Below, piece by piece: positions 38,624 through 51,416 of a stretch of DNA of 64,000 bases. Position numbers and translations under genes: made by a program. The notes under the pieces were generated by a model. It had not been told where the DNA came from and searched no databases. It was given only the letters and a program-made list of their open reading frames with translations. This DNA is from Balanoglossus misakiensis. Lineage: Eukaryota; Animalia; Hemichordata. The stretch is taken from the NCBI GenBank assembly GCA_040954595.2, contig CM082596.2, positions 10,126,461-10,190,460 on the forward strand, written 5' to 3'. Within the stretch, counting starts at the first letter, position 1; every line of letters begins with the position of its first letter.

Positions 38624-38809
38624 ACACATGATGGCTGACATATTCGGGCAACAGTGTATTTTTAATGACCTCGGGACTGCCAGTCACACCAAAACAGTCT
38701 GTTTTCCCTCGGGCTATGCCCTCGGGAAAACAAGACTGTTTTAGTTGTGACTAGCAGCACCCTCGGTCATCAAAATACACTGTTGCCCTCATTGTCAGTC
38801 ATCATGTGT
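38624..38809. mobile_element. 186-bp hairpin element, Crypton-like (copy at 43944-44129)
   Basis: End-to-end inverted repeat with central CCCTCGGG-ctatg-CCCTCGGG; no clear TSD; absent from the opposite arm. Confidence 0.65.
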
Positions 38810-39571
38810 ATACTGATTTCTAGTAACACAACTTATGGGGGCGCTCTTTCTAATGCTACTGACAAACTTTTGTTATGAGGGCGCAATTCAGGTTTCGGCG
38901 TGCGAATTTCTTTTACATGCATGACAAAATATATTTTCAGAAAGCGAAATATTTTTTTCTTCGCGGCGGAAATGAAGCTATCCCACAATTCCCGTAAATG
39001 AGGACGTTACAGGAGTGCATAAATCCAACAAACACATGAGATGGCTATCTATCCACAGTGCAATGTTTACAGATTGTATCTACTATACTACGACCCGGGC
39101 AGACAAATCCGGACAATCTCGCCGACGTATCGTAGACCTTTGAATGACGCTGTCGATCAAATTGAATACAAGATCTAGGGGAGTCGGTCCGTGGGAGAAA
39201 TCGGCCAGGTGCGAACTTGGCTCGTAGGATCGTTTAAATTAAAGTCCTTTAAATTATGTTTCGTGTATGCTTCACATTTTACGTGTACAGTAAACCACAG
39301 TGCTGCTCTGTCCCTGTCCCTAGGCAGTTTGTGGAGTGACCGTGGTACAGTCGCCGCCGTTTAATCAGGACACCATGAGTTATATATAGCCGCTCTAGAA
39401 AACATGACCTCAGACAGGTCCCTCAGGACCGTGCCTCCAATTCAACGATCACGTAGATGGACGCGCTGCCGCTTATGAGGTCACCGGGGAGCTTTCCAAA
39501 GTGGTCGCGTGGAGCTGCTTCAGTCCGTCCTCGACGTGAAACACCCGAAATTGGAAGGGATAGCCGGTTAA

Positions 39572-39919
39572 AGGGACAAAGTCTCTCTCTCGCTGGCCTT
39601 TTTCCATTAATTATGTTTGATACAAGACGCCGTTTATGTTATTCTACATGTGGATATATGGTGAATCAACATTCGACCACACACAACTTCCATCTCGTTT
39701 GTAGGATATAAGAGTAAAACCTCGCCCAAAATGAATAAATTGTAAAAAACAAATATTCATTATGGCGAGTTTTTTTCACTCTCCTGTCTATAAGAGGTAT
39801 GGAAGTTGTGTGTGGTTGAATGTTCATTCACTAAATATCCACATGTAGAATAACAAACGTTGTCTTTTATCAAATATAATTAATGGCAAAAAGGGCAGCG
39901 AGAGAGAGACTTTGTCCCT
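39572..39919. mobile_element. Kolobok-like MITE family K1, intact 348-bp copy
   Basis: TTAA|AGGGACAAAGTCTCTCTCTCGCTG ... CAGCGAGAGAGAGACTTTGTCCCT|TTAA. Confidence 0.92.
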
Positions 39920-39933
39920 TTAATCGAATTTAA

Positions 39934-42900
39934 AGGACTTTAATTTAAACGATCCTACGAGCCAAGTTCGCACCTGGCCGATTTCTCCCACGGACCGACT
40001 CCCCTGGATCTTGTATTCGATTCGATCGACAGCGTCATTTAAAGGTCTACGATGGCGGCGAGATTGTCCGGATTTGTCTGCCCGGGTCGTAGTAGATACA
40101 ATCTGTAAACATTGCACTGTGGATAGATAGCCATCTCATCTGTTTGTTGGATTTATGTACTCCTGTAACGTCCTCATGTACGGGAATTGTGGGATAGCTT
40201 CATTTCCGCCGCGAAGAATAAAATATTTTGCTTTCTGAAAATATATTTTGTCATGCATGTAAAAGAAATTCGCCCGCCGAAACCTGAATTGCGCCCTCAT
40301 GAAAAAGTTTATTAGTAGCAATAGAAAGAGCGCCCCCATAAGTTGTGTAACTAGAAATTAGATAAAAATATATTTACATCTGTAAAATAAAATTTTCACC
40401 CGCGAAAAGTAATGTTACTTAAAAAAGTTTTACAAAATTAAATATTTCTTTCCGGAAATAAAATAATTCTATGTAGTATAGATAATTTTATCTCAAGTCT
40501 TAGAAGTTTATTTTGGAAAAAAGTCTTAAAATTTTAGTCTCGGGAAAAAATAAAATTGGCTTTCGGAAATTAAACTTTTGTTCTCTAAAATAGGAGTTGT
40601 GTAAAGTAAAATTATAGTTTTACTGTCAAAATTAAAAAGTTTACTCCACTGAAATTGAAATTGTGTGCGTCAAAATTATAGTTGCCTTCACGAAAACTTT
40701 ATTTTACTTTTGGGAGGAGATATTGTCTATAATTTTGAAAGTTTAACTTTCAAAATAATATTTTAGGCCTGACATGATTTTCACCCATGATTGTTTTCAA
40801 AAATCGACGAAATTTTGAGATTTTGCAAAGTCGAAAATTTGTCATTTTTTGATGATTTTCACCCATGATTTTTTTCTTTTCAAAAATCGACAAATTTTGA
40901 GATTTTGCAAAGTCGAAAATTTGTAATTTTTTGATGATTTTCATCCATGTTTTTTTTCACAATTCAACGAACCCATGATTGTTTTCAAAATCGACGAAAT
41001 TTTGAGATTTTGCAAGAACCCATGATTTTTTTCAAATTCGACGAAATTTTGAGATTTTGCAAAGTCGAAAATTTGTCATTTTTTGATGATTTTCACCCAT
41101 GATTTTTTGCAAAAATCGACGAACCCATGATTTTTTTTCAAAATCGACGAAATTTTGAGATTTTGCAAAGTCGAAAATTTGTCATTTTTTGATGATTTTC
41201 ATCCATGTTTTTTTTTCAAAATTCAACGAACCCATGATTTTTTTCAAAGTCGACGAAATTTTGAGATTTTGCAAGAACCCATGATTTTTTTCAAAATCTC
41301 AAAATTTCGTCGATTTTGAAAAAAATCATGGGTTCGTCGATTTTTGAAAAAAAACATGGGAGAAAATCTTCAAAAAATGGGAATTTTGTCGATTTTTGAA
41401 AAAAAAAATCATGGGTGAAAATCATCAAAAAATGACAAATTTTCGACTTTGCAAAATCTCAAAATTTCGTCGATTTTTGAGAAAAATCATGGATGAAAAT
41501 CATCAAAAAATGACAAGTTTTCGACTTTGCAAAATCTCAAAATTTCATCGATTTCTGAAAAAAATCATAGGGGAAAATCATCAAAAAATGACAAATTTTC
41601 GACTGCAAAATCTTAAAATTTCGTCAATTTTTGAAAAAAATCATGGGTAAAAATCATCAATAAATGAAAAATTTTCGACTTTGCAAAATCTCAAAATTTC
41701 GTCGATTTTTGAAAAAAATCATGGGTGAAAATCATCCAAAAATGACAAATTTTCGACTTTGCAAAATTTTCAAAAATTCGTCGATTTTTGAAAAAAAAAT
41801 GGGTTATAGCTTATGAAAGTCATCAACAAATGACAAATTTTCGACTGCAAAATCTTAAAATTTCGTCGATTTTTGAAAAAAAAACATGGATGAAAATCAT
41901 CAAAAAATGACAAATTTTCGACTGCAAAATCTCAAAATTTTGTCGATTTTGAAAAAAGTATGGGTTCGTCGATTTTTAAAAAAAATCATGGGTGAAAATC
42001 ATCAAAAAATGACAAATTTTCGACTTTGCAAGAACTTCGAGATTTTCGTCGATTTTTGAAAAAAAAAATCGTGGGGGGGGGGGAAAATCATAAAAAAATG
42101 ACAAATTTTCGACTTTGCAAAATCTCAAAATATCGTCGATTTTGGAAAAAAAAAACATGGGTTCGTCGAAAAAAAAACATCGGTGAAAATCATCAAAAAA
42201 TGACAAATTTTCGACTTTGCAAAATCTCAAAAGTCCGTCGATTTTGAAAAAAAACATGGGTGAAAATCTTCAAAAAATGACAAATTTTCGACTTTGCAAA
42301 AACTCAAAATTTCGTCGATTTTTGAAAAAAAATGGGTGAAAATCATCAAAAATGACAAAGTTTCGACTTTTCAAAATCTCAAAATTTCATCGATTTCTGA
42401 AAAAAATCATAGGGGAAAATCATCAAAAAATGACAAATTTTCGACTGCACAATCTTAAAATTTCGTCAATTTTTGAAAAAAAATCATGGGTAAAAATCAT
42501 CAATAAATGAAAAATTTTCGACTTTGCAAAATCTCAAAATTTCGTCGATTTTTGAAAAAAATCATGGGTGAAAATCATCAAAAAATGACAAATTTTCGAC
42601 TTTGCAAAATTTTCAAAAATTCGTTGATTTTTGAAAAAAAAATGGGATATAGCTTATGAAAATCATCAACAAATGACAAATTTTCGACTTTGCAAAATCT
42701 CAAAATTTCGTCGATTTTGAAAAAAATCATGGTTTCGTCGATTTTTGAAAAAAAAACATGGGTGAAAATCTTCAAAAAATGACAAATTTTCGACTTTGCA
42801 AAACTGAAAATTTCGTCGATTTTTGAAAAAAATAATGGGTGAAAATCATCAAAAAAGACAAAGTTTCGACTTTGCAAAATCTCAAAATTTCGTCGATTTC

Positions 42901-44568
42901 TGAAAAAAATCATGGGTAAAATCGTCAAAAAAATGACAGATTTTCGACAGCAAAATCTTAAAATTTCGTCAATTTTTGAAAAAAAATCATGGGTAAAAAT
43001 CATCAAAAAATGACAAATTTTCGACTTTGCAAAATTTTCAAAAATTCGTCGATTTTTGAAAAAAAAAACATGGGTTCGTCCATTTTTGAAAAAAAAAACA
43101 TGGGTGAAAATCATCAACAAATGACAAATGTTCAACTTTGCAAAATCTCAAAATATTGTCGATTTTTGAATAAAAACATGGGTTCGTCGATTTTTGAAAA
43201 AAAAAACATGGGTGAAAATCGTCAAAAAATGACACATTTTTATCGTGGCCCCTACACGTCAATTTTAATTTATTATTTTGAAAGTTAAACTTTAATTTTA
43301 GATAGACAATATCTTTTCCCAAGAAGTAAACTTTAATTTTGGTGGCGGCAACTAATTTTGATGGACAAAACTTTTTGATTTTGACAATAAAACTTTAATT
43401 TTAATTATCACAAATTTTATTTTAGAGAACCAAATTTTATTTTTCGAAAGCAAATTTTATTTTTTCCAAGAATAATATTTTAATAAGGATTTATTTTATC
43501 CAAAATAAACAGTAACAACTTGAGATAAACTTATTCATACTACGTGGATTTTTTTTTCAAAAAGGTGTGTTTTAATTTTTAAAGAAAAAGTTCATTTTGT
43601 AAAATAACAAATTATTTTTCCCAGGTGAAAATATTTTACGGAGTTAAATTTTAATTTACATTTAAATAACCTTTAAACACTCGAGATAAAATTATATGTA
43701 CTCGATGGAATTATTTAAATTTTTAAAACAAAATGTTTTTATTGCTTAAGAAAAAACAAATATTTACTAATGTTACAAATTATTTTTCCCGGGTGAAAAG
43801 TTTATTTTACAGGGATCAATTTAATTTATAACACACCATGCAGCGAACCCTCGATCGTGATTCGTCAATACGACGTCACGTGACCTTAGTCATTTCGAAC
43901 TGTTGCCTTGGGCATCAGTTCGATAGGTTTGGTGTGTTATAAAACACATGATGGCTGACATATTCGGGCAACAGTGTATTTTTAATGACCTCGGGACTGC
44001 CAGTCACACCAAAACAGTCTGTTTTCCCTCGGGCTATGCCCTCGGGAAAACAAGACTGTTTTAGTTGTGACTAGCAGCACCCTCGGTCATCAAAATACAC
44101 TGTTGCCCTCATTGTCAGTCATCATGTGTATACTGATTTCTAGTAACACAACTTATGGGGGCGCTCTTTCTAATGCTACTGACAAACTTTTGTTATGAGG
44201 GCGCAATTCAGGTTTCGGCGTGCGAATTTCTTTTACATGCATGACAAAATATATTTTCAGAAAGCGAAATATTTTTTTCTTCGCGGCGGAAATGAAGCTA
44301 TCCCACAATTCCCGTAAATGAGGACGTTACAGGAGTGCATAAATCCAACAAACACATGAGATGGCTATCTATCCACAGTGCAATGTTTACAGATTGTATC
44401 TACTATACTACGACCCGGGCAGACAAATCCGGACAATCTCGCCGACGTATCGTAGACCTTTGAATGACGCTGTCGATCAAATTGAATACAAGATCTAGGG
44501 GAGTCGGTCCGTGGGAGAAATCGGCCAGGTGCGAACTTGGCTCGTAGGATCGTTTAAATTAAAGTCCT
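39934..44568. mobile_element. Foldback element copy B, complete (4,635 bp, non-coding)
   Basis: TTAA|AGGACTTTAATTTAAACGATCC ... GGATCGTTTAAATTAAAGTCCT|TTAA. ~430-bp inverted arms, AT-rich tracts, and inverted satellite II arrays meeting at ~41292. Confidence 0.85.
40776..43235. repeat. Satellite II arrays inside foldback copy B
   Basis: Same unit, with the same inversion junction sequence as at 35331. Confidence 0.95.
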
Positions 44569-45154
44569 TTAAATTATGTTTCGTGTATGCTTCACATTTT
44601 ACGTGTACAGTAAACCACAGTGCTGCTCTGTCCCTGTCCCTAGGCAGTTTGTGGAGTGACCGTGGTACAGTCGCCGCCGTTTAATCAGGACACCATGAGT
44701 TATATATAGCCGCTCTAGAAAACATGACCTCAGACAGGTCCCTCAGGACCGTGCCTCCAATTCAACGATCACGTAGATGGACGCGCTGCCGCTTATGAGG
44801 TCACCGGGGAGCTTTCCAAAGTGGTCGCGTGGAGCTACTTCAGTCCGTCCTCGACGTGAAACACCCGAAATTGGAAGGGATAGTCGGTTAAAGGGACAAA
44901 GTCTCTCTCTCGCTGGCCTTTTTCCATTAATTATGTTTGATACAAGACGCCGTTTATGTTATTCTACATGTGGATATATGGTGAATCAACATTCGACCAC
45001 ACACAACTTCCATCTCGTTTGTAGGATATAAGAGTAAAACCTCGCCCAAAATGAATAAATTGTAAAAAACAAATATTCATTATGGCGAGTTTTTTTCACT
45101 CTCCTGTCTATAAGAGGTATGGAAGTTGTGTGTGGTTGAATGTTCATTCACTAT

Positions 45155-45745
45155 TGTCGCGGAATTATATTTCTAGCTACGCGGGTCCGCAACAAACGCC
45201 CGTCACGGTTCGAATCCACGCGGATAGACTGGTGAGGTCCACACACCAAAATAGTTGTCTCGGTAGCGTACGCCAATCGCGGGCCCAGCTCAACCTTGAT
45301 ACAATGGGTCTCCCAGAAAGGGCGAAGTAATAACGCACAACACAAATAGCAGCAATAAAAGAAACTCAATGTATTACTAAGACGGTCGACAAAAACGTCC
45401 GACCTCAGCAGGTTACAGCTCCAATCTCACAACTTCTCCTAAGCACGAGTGAAAACGACGCATCCCTTGACAGGTCAGGTGACATGAGCCTCCCACTGCC
45501 ATTGGCCGAAAGTCGACGGGAAGGCGTGTCCCTGTCATTTTATAGGGAAAGGCAACAAACTGTATTTGGTCAAACGAACACAACACTAGAACAATCGAAT
45601 TGAAGTACTCTTTTCTGAACAAGCATGCATAAACTCGCGTTATAAAGAACGCCACCAGTTATCTGTATACGAAGGCAGAACAATCTATGGCACTGGTAAT
45701 AACGTCAGGCAAATGAGAATGACAACATGGAGAATTTCCATCACA
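45155..45745 (-). repeat. 3' LTR
   Basis: Direct repeat of 53043-53633 (offset 7888); no differences seen by eye. Confidence 0.96.
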
Positions 45746-45757
45746 TACCCCCTCCCT
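45746..45757 (-). promoter_or_regulatory. Polypurine tract
   Basis: AGGGAGGGGGTA abutting the 3' LTR on the minus strand. Confidence 0.9.
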
Positions 45758-45911
45758 AGACCAAACTACTCGTATGTTTGAGTCTAACGATAACATAATG
45801 TCATTGTCATTGCCACTGTGGCATAAAAGTGCATTAAGAGTTCATACAGTTAAATTCCTATAGTTCAACGCTTCATCTTAAAGTCAGTCAACAGTTAACA
45901 TCCCCAACAGG

Positions 45912-48900
45912 TCAGTTCTGTCCAAATCCATAGAAGTTTGTTGGTTTTCGTCTCCTCCTGGGGTATCGTCCAGTCACCACAGGTCCATCCTTGGTCAATA
46001 TCTCGTTCCCTGCATTACCAGTTCTGTAATCCCCGGTATCATCCATAGAACAACCAGCGACGGGTTCCAGGTCCTGGTGTTCAACGCCCTCGGTATCGTC
46101 TTCAAGAAGTTCGATCCCAGCAACTGGTTTCACAATTTCTGTATCTTCTCCACCACATAACTGGGTAGTATTCTTCCCGTCTTCCTGTGTGTCGAAAGGC
46201 TGATCGGCTGGGAGTGATTCTTCGGCCTTAGATGGCAATTCAGTTTCTGGCATGCCATCCTGGATTCGCTGGTCCAGATCGGGTAAGCAGGAGCGATCCA
46301 ACCAGGGGGTAAGTGGTTTCCCCTCGTAACGTTTCAATTTCTCAAAATGAACAACCTTATATTTCGCACGAGGGCTCCGCTGTATGCGGTACACAACATC
46401 AGAAACTCGACCAACCACCATATACGGACCCTCATAATTGAGCTGGAGTTTGGGACAAAACCCCTTCTTCCGTCGCTCATCCTTTAACCACACAAACTCT
46501 CCAGCAGTGAGTCCATCTTTGTCCAGATATCTATCATACTGTTTCTTTTGTATACGAGCACTGCGTTTCAGCTGCTCCCTGGCCCAAGCATGGGCATCCT
46601 GTATCTTGGAACGCAGGGTCCAAGCATAGTCCGACCCAACACTGTCATCATTTTCGAGGTTATTTTCAAACATCAGATCGACAGGCAATGAAATTTCGCG
46701 CCCAAGCATCAGCATGTTTGGACTCTCCCCAGTAGAGGAGTGCACAGCAGACCTATAGGCCATGGTAACGTACGGCAAGTAAGTGTCCCAGTCACGTTGG
46801 TGGGCCTTGGGTTCCAAGTATGTCTTAAGAGACCCAACAATGAATTTCATTTGTCTTTCCACCATTCCATCACTCTGGGGATGGCGAGGTGTCGTATACG
46901 TTTTGGAAGTTCCCACAAGAGAACATACCTCTCTGAAGACGGATGAAATAAAATCTCTGCCCCTATCCGAGTGAATTTCTTTGGGCATGCCAAAACGGCT
47001 GAACACATTACTTACAAGGGCTTCGGCTACAGTTACCGCCCTCTCATCTTTTATCGGGACACACTCTAGCCACTTTGTAAAATAATCGGCAAAGACTAGC
47101 ACCTTCTTATTGCCATTAGAGCTTTCTGGAAATGGCCCCAAGATGTCTATGGCTACCCTCTCCATCGGGCAACCAACGATATAAGTCTGTAAGGGCGCTT
47201 TCTTCCGTCGACCTACAGACTGTCGACAAGCGCAAATATCACAACCTCTAACAAAAGATCGAACGTCTGCGGTCATACCAGACCAGAAATATCGCAGACG
47301 CACCTTAGAAAGTAGCTTATCCATACCCAAATGACCCCCCGATTTGGCAGTGTGTAATTCCTGCAACACTGACTCTCGACAATCCTGCGGTAGGTACAAT
47401 TGCCACCGGACACGTAAACCATCGGCAGACTCAAATAGCCTGTATAAGACTCCATTTACAACACGCAAATGGTCGAATGAAGCCCAACAATTTTTGACCT
47501 CCGGAGAGAAGGTAGAAACATCCTCCCACTTAGGCCTGGCTTCCTTATTCTCTACAGCACAAATCAAAAGTTTCATACCGGCAACCCGGCATTGCTTTTC
47601 CCGAAGTTCTTCATTTGACCATACTGGTTTTGAGACAAGTACCCCTGGATCACCCTGTCCGTTCCCCTCACAGATACTCTCCGTCTCAATCTCAGCAGAT
47701 CTGGCGGCCACACCAGACCTGCCATACTGATTCATCACGGACCCTGTTTGCAATTCCTTCACTTGGCCGAATTCATTATCCGACGGATTTAACATAAAAC
47801 AGCCATGGCTAGACTCTTCCTGTGTCTTTGTCTGACAGGTGGGAGCCTCAGTACTAGCATGCATCTGCCCACACTGTTTACAATCATAAGCTGGCAACCG
47901 ACTCAGGGCATCTGCATTTGCATGGCGTAACCCTGGTCTGTGCACAATAGTAAAATCAAACTGTTGTAATAGCTCCAACCAACGGGCTAATTGCCCTTCT
48001 GGGTTCTTGAAACGCATCAGCCAAGTCAAGGATGCATGATCCGTACGCAAAATAAACTTACGACCAAGCAAGTAGTGTCGATAATACTTCACAAAATTCA
48101 CCACCGCAAGCAACTCCTTTCTAGTTACACAATACTTGCGCTCTGCACTTGACAACACTCTACCACCGTAACTGATGGGGCGTTCCACGCCATCTTGCAC
48201 CTGTGCTAAAACAGCCCCGATGCCAGTGCCACTGGCATCCGTATCCAATATAAAAGTGTCATTTGCAGACGGAAATGCCAACACAGGGGCCACTGTCAAA
48301 GCATGCTTCAATTCATCAAATGCTTCCTGGCACTTTTCAGACCATACAAATACAACATTTTTCTTTGTGAGGTCATGTAAAGGCCTTGCCATTTCGGCGA
48401 AATTTTTCACAAATCGTCTGTAGTACGAAACAAGGCCAAGAAAAGCACGTACTTCTGTCACTGACCCCGGTGTTGGCCATTTCTCAATAATCTCAACCTT
48501 CCCCGAGTCAGTTGCAACACCTCCCGCTGAGACGTTATGTCCCAAAAACTCGACAGTGGTAGCAAACAACACACATTTATTTGGCTTCAACTTAAGCCCA
48601 GCCTGTCGTAAGCGATCGAATACCATTTTGAGTCGCGCTAGTTCGTCCTCAAATGACTTTGCGAAGACAATAACATCATCCAAATACAATAAAAGGATTT
48701 TCCATGATAATCCACTAAAACACCGCTCCATGATCCTTTCAAAAGTACTGGGTGCATTAGTTAGTCCAAACGGGAGGACTTTCCACTGATATAGGCCTGT
48801 CTTAGTGCAGAACGCTGTGTACGGTTGTGAATCTGGGTCTAATTCAATTTGCCAGTACCCAGATTGCAAATCAAGGGTGGAAAACCACTCTGCCCCATGT

Positions 48901-49636
48901 AAGGACTCAAGGGCATCATCGATTCTGGGAAGTGGAAAACTGTCTTTCACTGTCAGCGCATTCAATTTTCTATAGTCTACACACAGACGTTGGGACCCGT
49001 CCTTCTTTTTAACCAGGACTACTGGAGAAGCCCACGGACTTGTGGACTCTTCAATCAAACCCCTATCTAGTAAATCTTTCACCTGTCTGTCCACTTCTTC
49101 CTGTTTCCAGATAGGCGTACGATATGGTCGTTGTCTGACGGGATTGCCATCGACCACCACCTTATGTTTAATAATATCCGACCTACCTATGTCCCTATCA
49201 TTCCGACTAAAGACATCGGCTGACTTAACCAGTAAATCAGCCAATTCTTGTCTCTGTTTTTCATCTAAGAGTCTACTACTTTTTTCATACAAATCAGAAA
49301 GATGGTCAGGTATCACAGTATCATATGTAGTGTTTCCATCCATAGTTTTTATGGATATCGCTCCAGTCCCCTTAGAATCACTCGGAGATAAATCAAATGG
49401 CTCTATTTCCCCATGCTCAACCCTAAGTAATGCCAGTACAGTCCCAGCTTTTACATGATGATCAGTTTCGTTAACATTAAGAACTCTCAAGGGGATTCTT
49501 GAATCCCATGGGTTTACTACGGCATGGCATACACCCACACCATCAGTAAACCCCTTGACTGATGTGGTGGGCAAGACCATGGCAGTGAAATCACCTGAAT
49601 CCTCGGTGCAGACTCGGGCCCTCGTCAACCGTTTAA
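45912..49636 (-). CDS. pol: Pol, 3' part: RT, RNase H, integrase
   Basis: LCVDYRKLN, LPFGL, YLDD, LDTDAS, TDH, ADALSR, HHCC, AIDILGP / SDRG / GMVER, EGPY. The frame is open. Confidence 0.95.
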
Positions 49637-50695
49637 GGGAGCATTCGTTTTTTACGGGGAGGGGGGGGGGGGGGGGCGGTGGAATTTGAGTCGCCGACTA
49701 AATGTAAAAGGCAACCCCCCCTGGAAATTACTTTTCTAAAATGTGACCCCCCCCCCCCCCCCCAAAAAAAAAAAAGTTTATCCACCGGATTAAACTTATC
49801 AAACTTTGTCAGATATTGGTGTATGTTCGACATACCACATAATCAACCATGAAACCTAGTTCCTTGATTTCCAAGTAGTGCATTGTCTGCCTGATCTTGT
49901 TACGTGAAAGAGTTCATTTTCAATGTCGCCGCTATCACTTTCTGAGTCACTGTCCGCTGAATCACCTAGTTCACCTATCACTACATGTTCATCTTCTGGT
50001 TCACTGTCCTCGTCCAAGTCATCCTCTTCATCCTCCTGCTCATCCTCTTCTTTGTCCCTCTCATGGTTTACTCTGAGACTTTCCAGAGTTGTTTGACACA
50101 GTTTCCGGCCAATGTGCGCTTCAACTATTTTCAGTTTGTCTTTTTTCAGCATCTTTTTCTCTGTTGTCAATTTATGTCTGTTCATGTACATGTCTACTGA
50201 ACATTGTTTTTATTTTTTAAGTATTTGTATTCTGTGTTGGGAGACATTGTAAACCGAGAATTGAAGGGGGTGGGTTTGGGAGGGGGTGTCCCCCTCCCAC
50301 GACGTAAGAAAATTTTATAAAATACAGAGCTGAAAGCTGCATTTTAATGAACCCAGCAAAAGAAAATTAACGTCACGCTCAAAGTTATGGGGTGGGGGCA
50401 AGTCCCCTGACCTGGGACACTAGATAAACCAGTCAATGATTGAAAGGTGTTGATGAATGGAGGGGGTGGGTGTGTGGGTGTAAGAAAATTTTGCAAAATA
50501 AAGGACGCAAAACTGCATTTTTGTGGACTCAAAATAAATATTTAGCCGTCAAAGTTGTCAAGTCCCCCCTTTCAGTCCCTATATAATAATCCCTTGATTA
50601 TAAAATTTGTCCCCCCCTAAAAACTGCTTTGTAAAAGTAAACCCCCCCCTGATTTCCACCGGCCCCCCCCCTCCCTGTAAAAAACGAATGCTCCC
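49637..50695. mobile_element. PIF/Harbinger-like non-autonomous element (1,059 bp) interrupting pol
   Basis: TAA|GGGAGCATTCGTTTTTTAC+poly-G ... poly-C+GTAAAAAACGAATGCTCCC|TAA. Excision restores HPRVASV-KRL-TRARVC in frame. Confidence 0.9.
49856..50191 (-). pseudogene. Captured or residual C-terminal gene fragment with an acidic tract
   Basis: D/E-rich run ending ...VTRSGRQCTTWKSRN; preceded by an acceptor-like 'aatgttcag'. Confidence 0.45.
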
Positions 50696-51416
50696 TAACA
50701 CTAGCCACTCGAGGGTGCCCTTCCATGAAGCCCAGCTGCCCGTCTACAGGTAATTTTGCCTTTCTACAAAATACCATGGTCTCGCTACACGCAGGGATAA
50801 CAACATCTCTATCAACCCTCAGTCGAGTAACATAAGGCTTGGTCCCCCTTGGCGTGATAGGTTTGTCATGACATGTAATGATTTCCCCATTAACGTGTAA
50901 TACCCCAGCACAGGCGTCAATCTTTACATTTAATGGGCCAATCGCTGAAAGACCAAGAACACCTGGGTCCCATGGTTCCAACTCAACCACATAGACAGGT
51001 ACCCTAGCATGTGTTCCCTTTAAGGTCACTTCTAAATAACAAAACCCAAGAACTTCTTGTTTATTATTACCAAAAGCACTGACAGCCTCCTTGACATGAT
51101 ATAGCGGAGGTCGCTCATCCATTGGAATTTTTGAATACCAGTGCTCTGCCAGGAAAGTGTCAGTAGCACCTGTGTCAATCTGAATACGACCCGGTATACC
51201 CTGAATGGCAATGTCAGTGAACAATCTAGTTTTACCACACCAAGATGAATGACTCAAATTATGATCGACGGTAATGTTGTTCAATGATTTTGTATCTTTA
51301 GTATTAGTAGTCACTGAGCCCTTTAAACCATTAGCGCCATATCTGGCCTGATCGCTAATGTCCTTATTTATTGGGACTGGGGGTTGGGCTGTACGCCCAG
51401 TCCACCCAAGTTTAAC
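50696..51416 (-). CDS. pol: Pol, 5' part: aspartic protease, reached by -1 frameshift
   Basis: QIDTGATDTF and GVLGL motifs; overlaps the gag 3' end in the -1 frame. Confidence 0.88.

Larger units (their letters stand above)
33765..39248. mobile_element. Foldback element copy A (left arm lost)
   Basis: ~80-bp array, polarity switch at ~35331, reverse array to ~37915, AT-rich arm, end ...ttaaagtcct|TTAA. Confidence 0.8.

Noticed and set aside
39470-39545. Hammerhead ribozyme suggested by 'cttatgag...gaaac'
   Set aside because: The core is not CTGATGA and I could not build the three stems.
50598-50695. End of the 294-aa protease ORF (REHSFFTGRGG...)
   Set aside because: Read-through into the Harbinger-like TIR.
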